From a virus (lineage: Duplodnaviria; Caudoviricetes): a stretch of 64,000 nt of DNA. The stretch lies in IMG/VR virus record IMGVR_UViG_3300037067_027684, positions 64,001 through 128,000 of that record. One strand, given 5' to 3'. The notes below the pieces were generated by a model. That model searched no databases. It was given only the letters and a program-made list of their open reading frames with translations, and was not told where the DNA came from. Shown one piece after another: positions 27,801 to 38,137 of the stretch. The translations under genes and the position numbers were made by a program. How positions within the stretch are numbered: the stretch's first letter is position 1; the number at the start of each line of letters is the position of its first letter.

Positions 27801-30161
27801 ATGGATCACATCACAACCGTTGAGTCATGTCGAATTTGTCACCAATCCAACTTTGAGACTGTTATTAATCTAGGTGATCAATATATTGCCAATGCTTTCT
27901 ATCGAAAGGAGAATCCGCCAGAAATCAAAGCACCATTACATTTAATGAGATGCATTAATTGTGGGTTAGTACAATTGGCTCACTCTATTAATTGTGATAT
28001 GATGTATAGGAATTATTGGTATAAATCAAGCATTAATCATACTATGCGTGAACACCTCCAACTCCTGGTGAAATCAGTTCTTGAGATTAAGCCGCTGAGG
28101 AGTGGTGATACAGTTATAGATGTTGGTTGTAATGATCAATTTATGCTTGGTTGTTACCCAAAGGATGCTAACCGTGTTGGTGTTGATCCTTCTAATGTTG
28201 CTAAATTGGCCCCACTTAATTGTAATATGTTAGTTAATGATTATTTTAGTGCTAAAGCATTGAATGATATTCCTAAGGCTAAAATTATTACTTCTATTGC
28301 GATGTTTTATGATTTAAATGATCCTAAGTCATTCGTACAGGATGTTCGGAAGTGTTTGGCTGATGATGGTATTTGGGTTCTGGAATTAGCTTATTTGCCT
28401 TTGATTCTTAGTCAGAATTGCTATGACACTGTGTGTGTTAAACCTGATACTACGATACTTGGTAGTAATAAGAAGATTGTTGATTTGACCTCTCAAGATT
28501 ATGCTTTAAATGAAAATGGAGTTCTGGTTAAAATATCCAAGAGAATGGAACGAACGTTTAATGGTAATCTTATTAAAATCAGACCGCGATATCTTGAATC
28601 AATTTCTATTACTGCTGAGCATCCAATTAAAATTGTAAAGAAGGAAACAATTAAATTCAATTGTGGTCAGTTTAGACGCAATCAAAAAGAGCATAAGTTC
28701 GAATGGGTTCAAGCGAGTAAAGTTCGTGTTGGCGACTATATGGTAATTCCAAGATTGAAAGAAGGAAAGAGGATAACTGAGGTCAACCTCAACAAATTCA
28801 ATCAAACAGAAAGCAAGAATTATAGATTTGGATTGAAATCGATACCATTAAATAAGGACACTGCTTGGTTATTTGGTCTTTATGTCGCAGAAGGATATGT
28901 TGGTGGGAAGAAAACTAATCGCAACATAGAATTTAGTCTCAATATTACTGAGGAAAGTTTGTCAGATCGAATTAATGAAATTACTAAAACTTTTGGTTAT
29001 AAATCACATGTTACTTTTACTAAAGGTAGAAATACCAGAACAGCGAAAATAACGTGCGCCGCACTCGCCAGATCATTTAGAGAGTGGTTTGGAGACAAGG
29101 CCAATAGAAAGAAAATCCCAGATTTCATAATGACTGCTCCAAAAGACATAAAAATTGCGTTTTTACGTGGTTTGTTTGTTGGTGACGGATTTATAGATGA
29201 AGAAATAAATCAAGTTCATTATCATACTTCGTCTAAAGTATTAGCTTTACAGGTGCAATTAATGGTTGCTTCTTTGGGTGGTATGCTAGGCATTAGTTAT
29301 GTGAAACCTTATCCTAGAACAATTAGAGGTCGTGATGTTCACACTGGAGATTCTTGGCAATTAAGAGGCAGGTCCAGGATTTTAGCCGAAATTTTTGATT
29401 ATAAGTATACTAAAGGCGTTGGTGAATGCGAACATAATTATATTCTCAAGGATGATTATGTTTTAATACCAATTATGGATGTCGGAGTTGAGAAATATAA
29501 TGGTAAGGTTTATAACATAGAGACTGATACTCATACATATTTGGTTTCTAATGCTGTAGTTCATAATTGTCATGAGCATGTGTGCTATTATTCTCTTACT
29601 ACTTTCGAATTGACATTGGTTGGGACTGATTTAGAAGTTTTTAAGATCGAGAAGAATAATACTAATGGCGGTTCATTCAGGTTATATGTTGCTCCGAAAG
29701 GTTCCCATAATATTGGTCCTGAGGTTCAGTTGGTTAGGAATAATGAGAAGGAATTGGAGTTTGATAAACCATATCGTGAGTTTGCTCAAAGGATTACCGC
29801 TAGTAAGAATCAGTTGATTTCGTTCTTGAAAGAACAGAAGCGTTTGGGTAAGAAGGTTTATGGTTATGGTGCTTCGACTAAGGGCCAAGTTACGATGCAA
29901 TATTGCGAGATTACTTCTGATTTGATTGTTGCGGTTGCTGAGCGTAATCCTGATAAATATGGTTTGTATACTCCTGGTACGAATGCTAGGATTTGTTCTG
30001 AGGAAGAGATGAGGAAGGCTAGGCCAGACTTCTTGGTTATCTTCCCATGGCATTTCCTAGAGGAATTTGTTGTTCGTGAGCGAACGTTGCTCATGGATGG
30101 TACTAGGTTTGTGGTGCCATTGCCAAAGTTTGATGTGATTTACTGGCAACATTCGGGGTGA
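27801..30161 (+). CDS. NDP-hexose C-methyltransferase, intein-containing
   Basis: CRIC..L.RC.NCGLVQL zinc site, VIDVGCND, SIAMFYDL, YDTV|CHEH..YYS, NGGS, GYGASTKG, FPWHF. Confidence 0.88.
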   Translation: MDHITTVESCRICHQSNFETVINLGDQYIANAFYRKENPPEIKAPLHLMRCINCGLVQLAHSINCDMMYRNYWYKSSINHTMREHLQLLVKSVLEIKPLRSGDTVIDVGCNDQFMLGCYPKDANRVGVDPSNVAKLAPLNCNMLVNDYFSAKALNDIPKAKIITSIAMFYDLNDPKSFVQDVRKCLADDGIWVLELAYLPLILSQNCYDTVCVKPDTTILGSNKKIVDLTSQDYALNENGVLVKISKRMERTFNGNLIKIRPRYLESISITAEHPIKIVKKETIKFNCGQFRRNQKEHKFEWVQASKVRVGDYMVIPRLKEGKRITEVNLNKFNQTESKNYRFGLKSIPLNKDTAWLFGLYVAEGYVGGKKTNRNIEFSLNITEESLSDRINEITKTFGYKSHVTFTKGRNTRTAKITCAALARSFREWFGDKANRKKIPDFIMTAPKDIKIAFLRGLFVGDGFIDEEINQVHYHTSSKVLALQVQLMVASLGGMLGISYVKPYPRTIRGRDVHTGDSWQLRGRSRILAEIFDYKYTKGVGECEHNYILKDDYVLIPIMDVGVEKYNGKVYNIETDTHTYLVSNAVVHNCHEHVCYYSLTTFELTLVGTDLEVFKIEKNNTNGGSFRLYVAPKGSHNIGPEVQLVRNNEKELEFDKPYREFAQRITASKNQLISFLKEQKRLGKKVYGYGASTKGQVTMQYCEITSDLIVAVAERNPDKYGLYTPGTNARICSEEEMRKARPDFLVIFPWHFLEEFVVRERTLLMDGTRFVVPLPKFDVIYWQHSG
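28434..29567 (+). mobile_element. Intein with LAGLIDADG homing endonuclease (378 aa)
   Basis: Starts CVKPDT, block B ITAEHP, LFGLYVAEG and FLRGLFVGDG, ends VYNIET..VVHN|C. Confidence 0.92.
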
Positions 30162-30253
30162 CCTAAACAACGCGGACCTAGACGGCTCAGTCTGAGTCGT
30201 CCTCAAAATAATGGGCCAATGAAAGTGGCCTACACGAAAGGTGGTAAGTTACA

Positions 30254-30964
30254 ATGCCAATTACCGTCAGTACCACGCCTTGGGGTACATTCCTCGTTGC
30301 CCCGTGGGATCTCGTGCCAGCTTGGATTGCGCAAGGGAAATTCTGGGACCCACATATAAAGCCAATTTATGATAAGCATATCAACAAGAATAGTGTCTGC
30401 TTAGATGTTGGAGCACATTGTGGTTTCCATAGCATTTACCTATCTAAATTGGCTAAGGAGATTTATGCATTTGAGCCACAGCCTGTAATTTATAGGCAAT
30501 TGTGTGGCAACTTATTCTTGAATAACTGTTTGAATGTTCACGCCTTCAATTTGGCTCTTTATGATAAAGAGTGCACTATGGAGATTGCTCCACAGGCTCA
30601 GCAAGTTATTCCTGTTCCGATGTGTGGTTCGAATGTTAATTATGATGCTTGCACTAATTCTGCTGGTGTTGCGTTGAGGCCAGGTGCGGGGTCGATGAAG
30701 GCTATTACGTTGGATAGTTTGAATATTCCGAAGGTTGATTTTATTAAGTGTGATGCGCAGGGTGCTGATCTTCATGTGTTGATGGGTGGTCTTGAGTTGA
30801 TTAAACGTTGTAGGCCGATTATTATTTTCGAGTATGAGGCTGAATTGATTGGGATTAATGGCGATAAGTTGCAGGATTACTCTGATTTCTTCTTCCATAA
30901 GAACAATTTGAATTACGAGATTTCGAAGTTGGATGTTCGTGATCATTTGTGCATGCCCAGATAG
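30254..30964 (+). CDS. FkbM-family methyltransferase
   Basis: LDVGAHCG..S, YAFEP, ITLDSL...VDFIKCDAQG.D..VL.G. Confidence 0.88.
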   Translation: MPITVSTTPWGTFLVAPWDLVPAWIAQGKFWDPHIKPIYDKHINKNSVCLDVGAHCGFHSIYLSKLAKEIYAFEPQPVIYRQLCGNLFLNNCLNVHAFNLALYDKECTMEIAPQAQQVIPVPMCGSNVNYDACTNSAGVALRPGAGSMKAITLDSLNIPKVDFIKCDAQGADLHVLMGGLELIKRCRPIIIFEYEAELIGINGDKLQDYSDFFFHKNNLNYEISKLDVRDHLCMPR

Positions 30965-30976
30965 GGGAACTGATCC

Positions 30977-31621
30977 ATGAAGATGTGTGAGTTCTTACAG
31001 GACAGGTCACAAGTAGATGCTACTACCACGTTTCTAAGTCAACATGGGTTCTATCCGCATTCAATTACTCCAAAGAATTGGGATTTAGCTCATATTCTTC
31101 CTGACATAACTGAGGGGCCATTGTTGGATATGGGGTGTTGTGAATCGTATATTCTTGGTAATGCTAAGATTATTGGTCCGAAGTTTGGTATTGACATGCG
31201 TTTGCCTGGTTATACGATTCCTGGCGTGACGTTACTTCAGGGTGATTTGATGGACACTAGGTTGCCACCGAAGTATTTCCAGACTTTGACTTGTATCTCT
31301 GTTATTGAACATGGTGTGGATTTTGGGAGGTTTGCTGCTGAGTGTGTTCGTTTGTTGAGGCCAGGTGGTAAGTTATATGTCAGTTTTGATTATTGGAATC
31401 CCAAGATCACTGGCACTATGAACCTCTATGGTTTGGCTTGGAATATTCTTTGTAGATCTGATGTTGAGGGATTAATTCAAATTTGTGAGAAGGCTGGCAT
31501 GATGTTGACCGAAGAGGTGGATTGGTCGATTAAGGACGCTGTTATTAACGAGGCATTTTATGCTCCTCGTGGTAGCGGTGTTGCTTACACCTTCGGGTTG
31601 CTAACCTTTGTGGCCAAGTAA
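30977..31621 (+). CDS. Class I SAM-dependent methyltransferase
   Basis: LLDMGC, CISVIEHG, RLLRPGG.L. Confidence 0.8.
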   Translation: MKMCEFLQDRSQVDATTTFLSQHGFYPHSITPKNWDLAHILPDITEGPLLDMGCCESYILGNAKIIGPKFGIDMRLPGYTIPGVTLLQGDLMDTRLPPKYFQTLTCISVIEHGVDFGRFAAECVRLLRPGGKLYVSFDYWNPKITGTMNLYGLAWNILCRSDVEGLIQICEKAGMMLTEEVDWSIKDAVINEAFYAPRGSGVAYTFGLLTFVAK

Positions 31622-31632
31622 AAGGAGAGTTT

Positions 31633-32079
31633 ATGCGTAGAGTTTTCTTGTCTTTAATGTTTGTGTCGTTTGTTTTTGCGGAAGAAAAAGTGGGACTGCA
31701 TGATGAAGATATTCAAGCACTTCAAGAAGCTTCAAAAGCATATATTTCTGTTCATGTTGATGTCAAATGGCAAAAGGTGATTGCTGATTGGAATAAAAGG
31801 ATCAAGTTGGTAGTTGAAACCAGAATTGCCGATACTAATGTTTCTGAGGATCAAGCTTGTCGTGATTTGGCCTATGATTGGTTGAGTGATAATGCGAGGG
31901 ATTTGGAGGCTAGGGACGAAGAAAAAATTCTTATGGCTTGTTTGTGGTTTGATCTATTGATTAGCAAGAAGTTTGGTCTTCCTGCTAGGGTGAAGAGTGA
32001 GATGACTCATGAGCAAGCTTTGCAGTTAATTTCCTTCCTTAAGGAGCAAGTCTCTTTTCTTGAGGTGAAGAAGACGTGA
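31633..32079 (+). CDS. Secreted protein
   Basis: Signal peptide MRRVFLSLMFVSFVFA. Confidence 0.6.
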   Translation: MRRVFLSLMFVSFVFAEEKVGLHDEDIQALQEASKAYISVHVDVKWQKVIADWNKRIKLVVETRIADTNVSEDQACRDLAYDWLSDNARDLEARDEEKILMACLWFDLLISKKFGLPARVKSEMTHEQALQLISFLKEQVSFLEVKKT

Positions 32080-32960
32080 GGGTATTGGTTTTTGGTCATA
32101 ATGGTCAAACGGGATTCTACTTAGAGAGACTAGTTTCACAGAAGGGTTGGACTTTTTATGGATCGTCACGAAGCACTGGTAGTTCTCCATCCTTGATTGG
32201 TGATGTGTCTGATTATTCATTTGTTAAAAGGGTAATAGTTGAGACTTCACCTGATTGGATCATAAATCTTGCTGCTTACTCTAATACTAAACATCGGAAT
32301 GTCCTTATTAATCATTTGACTATTGATACTGGTAATTTGAATGTTCTAGAAGCTGCACATATGCTTGCTCGTCATGCTAAAGTGTTTGTTACTGGTTCTG
32401 GATTACAATTTAGGAATTCTGGTAAGCCAATTTCCCATACTGATGAGTTTGAAGCACGTGATCCATATTCTATGGCTAGGATTGCTTCTGTTTATCAGGC
32501 TAGGTATTATCGTAGGTTGGGAATTAAGGCGTATGTCGGGTATCTATTCCATCATGAAAGTGCTTTGCGTCAGAAGAGTAGCGTAAGCCAAATTATTTTG
32601 GGTGCTGCTAGGGAGGGAATTAGTGTTAGGATTGGTGATTTGGGTGTGGTGAAGGAGTGGACTTTTGCTGGTGATGTGGCTGAGGGTATTTTGACACTTA
32701 TGAGTCAAGATGTGATTATGGAAGCTACGATTGGGTCAGGCATTGGACATTCAATAATGGATTGGGCTAAATTGTGTTATGCTCATTTTGATATGGATTG
32801 GATGAGATTTTACCAACCAATTCCTGGTTATATTCCTGAATTTAAGATTTTGATTTCTAATCCGACAGTCATTAATGGTCTTGGATGGAAGCCGAAGGTT
32901 GATTTCAAAGATCTAATAGGTTTGATGTTGCAAAAGCCAACCAACAGGAATTCAACATGA
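32076..32960 (+). CDS. GDP-mannose 4,6-dehydratase-like extended SDR
   Basis: FGHNGQTGFYL, INLAAYS, PYSMAR (YxxxR instead of YxxxK), LFHHES, EWTFAGDV, LGWKP. Confidence 0.78.
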   Translation: MRVLVFGHNGQTGFYLERLVSQKGWTFYGSSRSTGSSPSLIGDVSDYSFVKRVIVETSPDWIINLAAYSNTKHRNVLINHLTIDTGNLNVLEAAHMLARHAKVFVTGSGLQFRNSGKPISHTDEFEARDPYSMARIASVYQARYYRRLGIKAYVGYLFHHESALRQKSSVSQIILGAAREGISVRIGDLGVVKEWTFAGDVAEGILTLMSQDVIMEATIGSGIGHSIMDWAKLCYAHFDMDWMRFYQPIPGYIPEFKILISNPTVINGLGWKPKVDFKDLIGLMLQKPTNRNST

Positions 32961-33859
32961 GCTTGCAAGACGCCTTGGCAGTTTTCGATCACGCTCGTTT
33001 GTTTGCTCTTGGTACTGGTAAGAAGCCAACAATCATTATTAAACAAACAGAACATATGGGTGATACTTTATATGCTACTCCTGTGATTAGACATTATCGG
33101 ATGAAATATCCACATGCAGCTATTGCTTTTGTTACTGGTCATAAATATGCTGATGTCCATAGGTATAATCCCCATATCGATCGCTTATTTGTGGTCCCTG
33201 TTAATTCAGATTGGCGTTTAGCGTATAAGCAGAAGATGGATGCTTTTGCTGATATTGATATCAAGTTGGCCCCTGCTGTTGCTTTTGGTAAGTGGTATGC
33301 TAGTCATCAATGGAGTCATCCTAATTTATTCGATCAGTATTTATGTAATGCTGGTATTACTGATTTGAATCCGTTGGGTGGCAGACAACCAGTGGCTGTT
33401 TGTTCTAATGAGGAGGAGAGTTGGGTTACTAATTTTTTGGCGGTCAATAAGATTGATCCAAATAGAGCTATTGCTTTGGAGTATAATAGTTATTCTCATG
33501 GTTTGGGGTGGACTCCTGCTGAGTTTCAGCAATTTTGTCATATCTGCGTTAATAAGGTTTATGTTATTGCTTTGGCTGGTTCTAATGAGGGTCTCTATGT
33601 TAATACTGTTGATGCTCGTGGTACTTCTTGGTTGCGGTCTGCAGCTCTTTTGAATCGGATTAGAGGCATTGTTGGCGTTAGTTCTGGGATGTCTGTGTTG
33701 GCTTCTACTTGCCCTAGGAAGCCTTTCATTTTTGAGATTAATGTTCCTGATTCGATTTCTATTAAAACTATGGGTTTTAGTAGTAATTGTCTATCGGTTG
33801 TTGGTGGTTGTCCTGAGCATATGGTTAATTTGGTTTGTGATAAGGTTTTCAGATCATGA
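32957..33859 (+). CDS. GT9 (heptosyltransferase-like) glycosyltransferase
   Basis: HMGDTLYATPVIR..R.KYP, NPHIDRL, AALL....IVGVSSG. Confidence 0.72.
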   Translation: MSLQDALAVFDHARLFALGTGKKPTIIIKQTEHMGDTLYATPVIRHYRMKYPHAAIAFVTGHKYADVHRYNPHIDRLFVVPVNSDWRLAYKQKMDAFADIDIKLAPAVAFGKWYASHQWSHPNLFDQYLCNAGITDLNPLGGRQPVAVCSNEEESWVTNFLAVNKIDPNRAIALEYNSYSHGLGWTPAEFQQFCHICVNKVYVIALAGSNEGLYVNTVDARGTSWLRSAALLNRIRGIVGVSSGMSVLASTCPRKPFIFEINVPDSISIKTMGFSSNCLSVVGGCPEHMVNLVCDKVFRS

Positions 33860-35582
33860 GAAAGATTACTTCGTTGACTTTCAATTATAATGGGAATATT
33901 GTGTTTACTGATAATTCTAGTCATGTGTTTGCTGTGGTTTATGATGGAGTTCATGATGGGGAGCAGTTTCAGAAGTTGATTGGTAAGAGTTTTGATGATT
34001 TGAAGGAATTTATTAAAGCTTGGATTCCTGATATTCAGTCTTTGACTGCTGCGAAATCTAAGAAGGTTGTTTCTTCTTTTGCCTTGAATTTATATGGTAA
34101 TGTTTCTTTTGACGATGGGACAGTGGATGGTTTTAGTTTCGAATATCATCCTGATCATGGCCTAATTGAGCACATGTAGTATTTCTTTTAATATCTTTTG
34201 AATTTTTAGATTGAGCCTGTGCGATAGCACATAGCAGACACGATTTTAATCTCCTTAGAACCTCGATAGGAAACCCTTCGGAGGAAGAGAATGAACATCT
34301 TTAGGACAGAATCGAAAATCCAAACAGAATCAGGAGAGACTTTCCACGAAGGAAAGTGGGATCGTCTTACGCCGTTTATGACTGCTGGTGGTCTTATTTT
34401 GACCGAATTGACTGACAACGAGTTTGATGGTGTTCTTAATCTGGGTGATTCTCTTGATCCTCTTGGTTTACGCGGATATATGGTTGCCTTACATGTTGAG
34501 AATCCGAGTGAGGACGATCCAAAATCTGTTAATCTTGCCGCTCTGCCTGCTAAGGATCAGATTTTAAGGCATCAAGATCGGTATTATTTGGTTAAGGTTG
34601 TGGTCCAGAGTAGTAGTTGTGGTATTGCGGTTTATGTAAAGCGTTTGTCTCGATTGGAGTTGTCTGGTTTTCTAAGATAGGAGCAGACATGTGTCCTGAA
34701 TGTGAGTTGAAGGATAAGCGTATCGTTGAGCTAGAGGCTGAATTAAAACAGTGGAAATGGAAGTGTGAAGATGTGTTGTTGACATTGTCGGCCATTCAAG
34801 TGGCCATTTGTGATTTTAAGGTTCGGGATTCCTGCGCGAAAGCTGATGGGTCAAGGACGAACTTATGAGCTTAGGCCAGATCGTTTTGAATGTACTCTTG
34901 AAGAGTGTCCTCATGGGTTATTTGTGCATTTTGTCACTAAGGATGAACCAATTTTTGGCTTCAAGACAGAATATGGTGATTGTGAGTGCTTTGTTGTGTC
35001 ATCTGGTGAGAAATTTTGTAGTCGTTCCGCTGGTGATGCGACTCCTGTTCCATTGAAAAAGTTAATGGTGGTGCCTGTTGTGATTTCCAAATGCGAGAGA
35101 GAATGCGTATGAGAATTCTTGGTGATAGACAATTAGTTTTCGACATTGTTGAAACCAAGGCACCGTCTGGGGAATCTTGTGTTTCGGTTACTATATGCGG
35201 TATTACTGCTAAAGTGCCCAATTGTCCCTATCTTATGAGTGTTACATTTAACAATACCCCAGATGGATATCAAGAACCCTATTTCTGTATGAGGCATCTT
35301 GAAACTAAGAGAGTTCTTGGTTCTGCTTTCACACTGGAAGAATCAAATATCGGTATTTTCGCAGCTATAGCTGCTGCTGAATGGCGCAAGAATGGTAATA
35401 TAGCTGAGGCTGATGCGTGGCAATCTATTTATAATGTTTTGGGGAACATTCATCAGATGACTGAGGCTGTTTATTAACATATGGTTTGTGAGACGATCCA
35501 ACTAAGAATTATCAATCCTATTAGGTATAGGATGAATTTCTCGTCTTCTGTTATGATGACTTCCCCGTAGGGAGGTTTGACT

Positions 35583-36053
35583 CTATACTCTGAGCGAGAA
35601 GTTTTCCAGAAGGTGTTCTCTCTTGATTGCCCATACTTCAGAGATACCTTCTTGGAGTGCTGCACAGTGTGTGACAAGGCAGCATGCTCCGATGGAGGCG
35701 ATGATGTAGATGTCCCCTTCTTTTTCATCTTGGCAGGCCCAAATTTGTCCTTGTTGGATTAGGACGGTATCTTGTGTTGTTTGAGGTTCTTTCTTGGCGG
35801 GTTCTTTCTTTGGTTCCTTCTTTTCTTTCTTGGCTTCTACGGGGGCAGGTGGTATACTGGGGGCCTCTACTGGGTCGGGGACTGGGAGGATGACTGCACC
35901 TTGTGGCTTTAGCTTACCGTCAGCTACTTTCTGTTGCATTTGTGTGGAGAAGTTTTTGCGATGGTTTTGGACGCGGATTGCGCCAAGGGCATCTGGCTTT
36001 CTGGTAAGGGGTTTGGTGACAATTCTGATTTCATCTCTTGACATGTGCTTCAC
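35583..36053 (-). CDS. Hypothetical protein with Pro/Lys-rich linker
   Basis: 156 aa; CGTAAATATT upstream. Confidence 0.55.
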   Translation of the reverse strand: MKHMSRDEIRIVTKPLTRKPDALGAIRVQNHRKNFSTQMQQKVADGKLKPQGAVILPVPDPVEAPSIPPAPVEAKKEKKEPKKEPAKKEPQTTQDTVLIQQGQIWACQDEKEGDIYIIASIGACCLVTHCAALQEGISEVWAIKREHLLENFSLRV

Positions 36054-36114
36054 CCTCGGTTTATAATATTTACGGCGTAACTAAACTTAGCAAAAATACC
36101 TTTGGAGGCCAAAC

Positions 36115-36414
36115 ATGAAACTTCAAGGCTTACATAAACTCTACATCGAAGATACCAAATTCCTTGATAACAAGGTTCTGGCGGAGGAGACTCCGACTAG
36201 TACGCCTATGTCAAAGGCGCTTGCTGATTCTGGCGAGTCGCAGGCTCAGATTGCTAAGGATGTTGGTGTTCATCCTAGTACGATTTCTAGATATAAGCAT
36301 AAGGAAGCTGCTCGTAAGAAGGGGAAAGGCCGCAGACCATCTTTTGACACCTTGAAGCGTCTTTCTCAGGTTGTTGGTCGTAAGGCTACGGTCCTTTTCC
36401 CTGAACTCTCTTAG
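36115..36414 (+). CDS. XRE-family HTH protein
   Basis: SQAQIAKDVGVHPSTISRY..RRPSFDTLKRLS; SD GGAGG. Confidence 0.82.
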   Translation: MKLQGLHKLYIEDTKFLDNKVLAEETPTSTPMSKALADSGESQAQIAKDVGVHPSTISRYKHKEAARKKGKGRRPSFDTLKRLSQVVGRKATVLFPELS

Positions 36415-37325
36415 GATGGGGTATGGATCAGGAAACATCTGGGGATTCTACTAGACATAAGAAATTCCCGCGTGGGAGTAAGAAGAATCCTTGGTATGCC
36501 ATTCCAGGTCAGATGATTGATGGTAAAGTTATAGTGCAGCATTGTTTTATGTTGTTTTGTAAGGATGGTATTTGGAAAACTACAAATAGGGAGGATATAC
36601 CAAAGGATGCTGTGATTAAGGTCACAACGTCTTACTAACTTACGATGATTTTATGGAGAGATATTACGGATTGAGGAGAAGGTTATGACCATTACGTGTA
36701 TTATCTGCAAGAAACCCATGAAAATTGTTGGATGGGCGAAGGATGATCCTATTCTGGAATGTGGGCATATTGCGCATGCTCTTAGTCCTGAAGAGATTGC
36801 TAAGAAAGCTTGTATTGAGACTGAGAATACGATCCTTCAGTTGATGAAGGAACGTGGGTATACTCGTGAGCAGGCTGAGGAGTTTTTGATTTATGATAGT
36901 TTGAATGCTTATGTGAAGGTCAAGACTTCAATGAAGGATAATATTGAGCCTGATCCTTTACCTTTTGCGGTTAAATTGGACCGTGCTTGTAAGCGTAGTG
37001 AGTTGAAGAATAAGTTTAAGGGTCCTCGTTGGTTAAATAATCCTCCTTCTGGTCCTCTTCCGTTTAGTTCATGGGAGGATGTTGACGAGATTATTGCTAA
37101 GATTTGGAATTAGAATGAAAGCGAAAGCTACAGTATCAAAGCATGAGCATGGTACATATGGCATCGACCGAGGTGGTGCGATTCTTTATGAATCTTCGCC
37201 AGAATTGGGTGGTTTTAATCTTGAAGTTGCCCGTAGAATTGTTCAATTGGAGAATAGCGACAACCCTCCAATTGATTGGGAGGAAACTGAATTGATACTT
37301 AGAGACGAAGGATATAATCTTTGAT

Positions 37326-37464
37326 TAGCTTGGCCTTAGCGGGGCGTGGTTGCTCTCACAATGCGACCTTAAGACGCCATAGCAGTGCTGACGTGCGGGC
37401 CAAATGCTGCGGTTTCGTCCGCATCTCCGCATTTGGCTCCATTGGTGCGCGTCCCGCTCCCAAG
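37326..37464. ncRNA. Candidate structured RNA / GC-rich intergenic element
   Basis: AGCGGGGCGTG/CGCGTCCCGCT closing helix; internal GGTTGC/GCGACC, GGGCCAAATGC/GCATTTGGCTC and TGCGG/CCGCA; G-U pairs favour the + strand. Confidence 0.45.
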
Positions 37465-37468
37465 ACTT

Positions 37469-38137
37469 ATGAATAATGGTATTGTCTACGTAGCGACAGG
37501 GAAGTTTAATTATGTAGTGTCGTGCGGTTGTAGTATTCTGAGTGTCAAGCGTTTTAGCGATGTTCCTATCACAATATTAACTGATTCGCCTGTTGTTGAG
37601 GCATTGTCCTCAATTGCAGATGTTAAAGTTGTTAAAATTCCCGATGACCCAAAGTTGATTTATCCTTCTCGTTGGGTTAAGACTCAACTCGCTAAATTTA
37701 CACCATATGATAGGACTCTATTTTTAGATTCTGATATCTTATGTGTTGATAGGTTTGATGAATTATGGGACTATTCTGACGATCTTATTATTGCTGCTGA
37801 TGTCTATCCTGTTAAGTATATTGATGGTGTTCGATATGCTTATTATAATACTGGTGTTATTCTTTTTGATAGGAATAAGACTGTTGATTTGTTTGAGGAT
37901 TGGCATAATAGGTGGTTGGAGACTGGTAAGTGGGATCAGCCTTCTTTTGCTGTGGCCTTGAGTAAATGGGGTGGTACTCGCAACTTAGTGGATAAATTTG
38001 TTTATAATTGGAATGTTAGGGATGCTCGTTCGAAATTTGTGCATTATTGGCATGGAGTGTGTAATTTGTCTGTTTTTCCTAAGGAGGATGTGTTGCGGGT
38101 TATTTCTATGCTTGATCCTGATGGTTCGTTAAGATAA
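37469..38137 (+). CDS. GT8-like glycosyltransferase
   Basis: YDRTLFLDSD, YNTGVILF, DQPSF, YNW, FVHY. Confidence 0.75.
   Translation: MNNGIVYVATGKFNYVVSCGCSILSVKRFSDVPITILTDSPVVEALSSIADVKVVKIPDDPKLIYPSRWVKTQLAKFTPYDRTLFLDSDILCVDRFDELWDYSDDLIIAADVYPVKYIDGVRYAYYNTGVILFDRNKTVDLFEDWHNRWLETGKWDQPSFAVALSKWGGTRNLVDKFVYNWNVRDARSKFVHYWHGVCNLSVFPKEDVLRVISMLDPDGSLR

Noticed and set aside
30162-30253. c-di-GMP riboswitch or other known RNA
   Set aside because: Two hairpins are present (GACGGCTCAG/CTGAGTCGTC, GGCCA/TGGCC) but the conserved GEMM core is absent
37338-37463. tRNA-Pro or tRNA-Sec
   Set aside because: An acceptor-like stem is present but no T loop or anticodon arm, and the length is wrong; kept only as an unknown structured element
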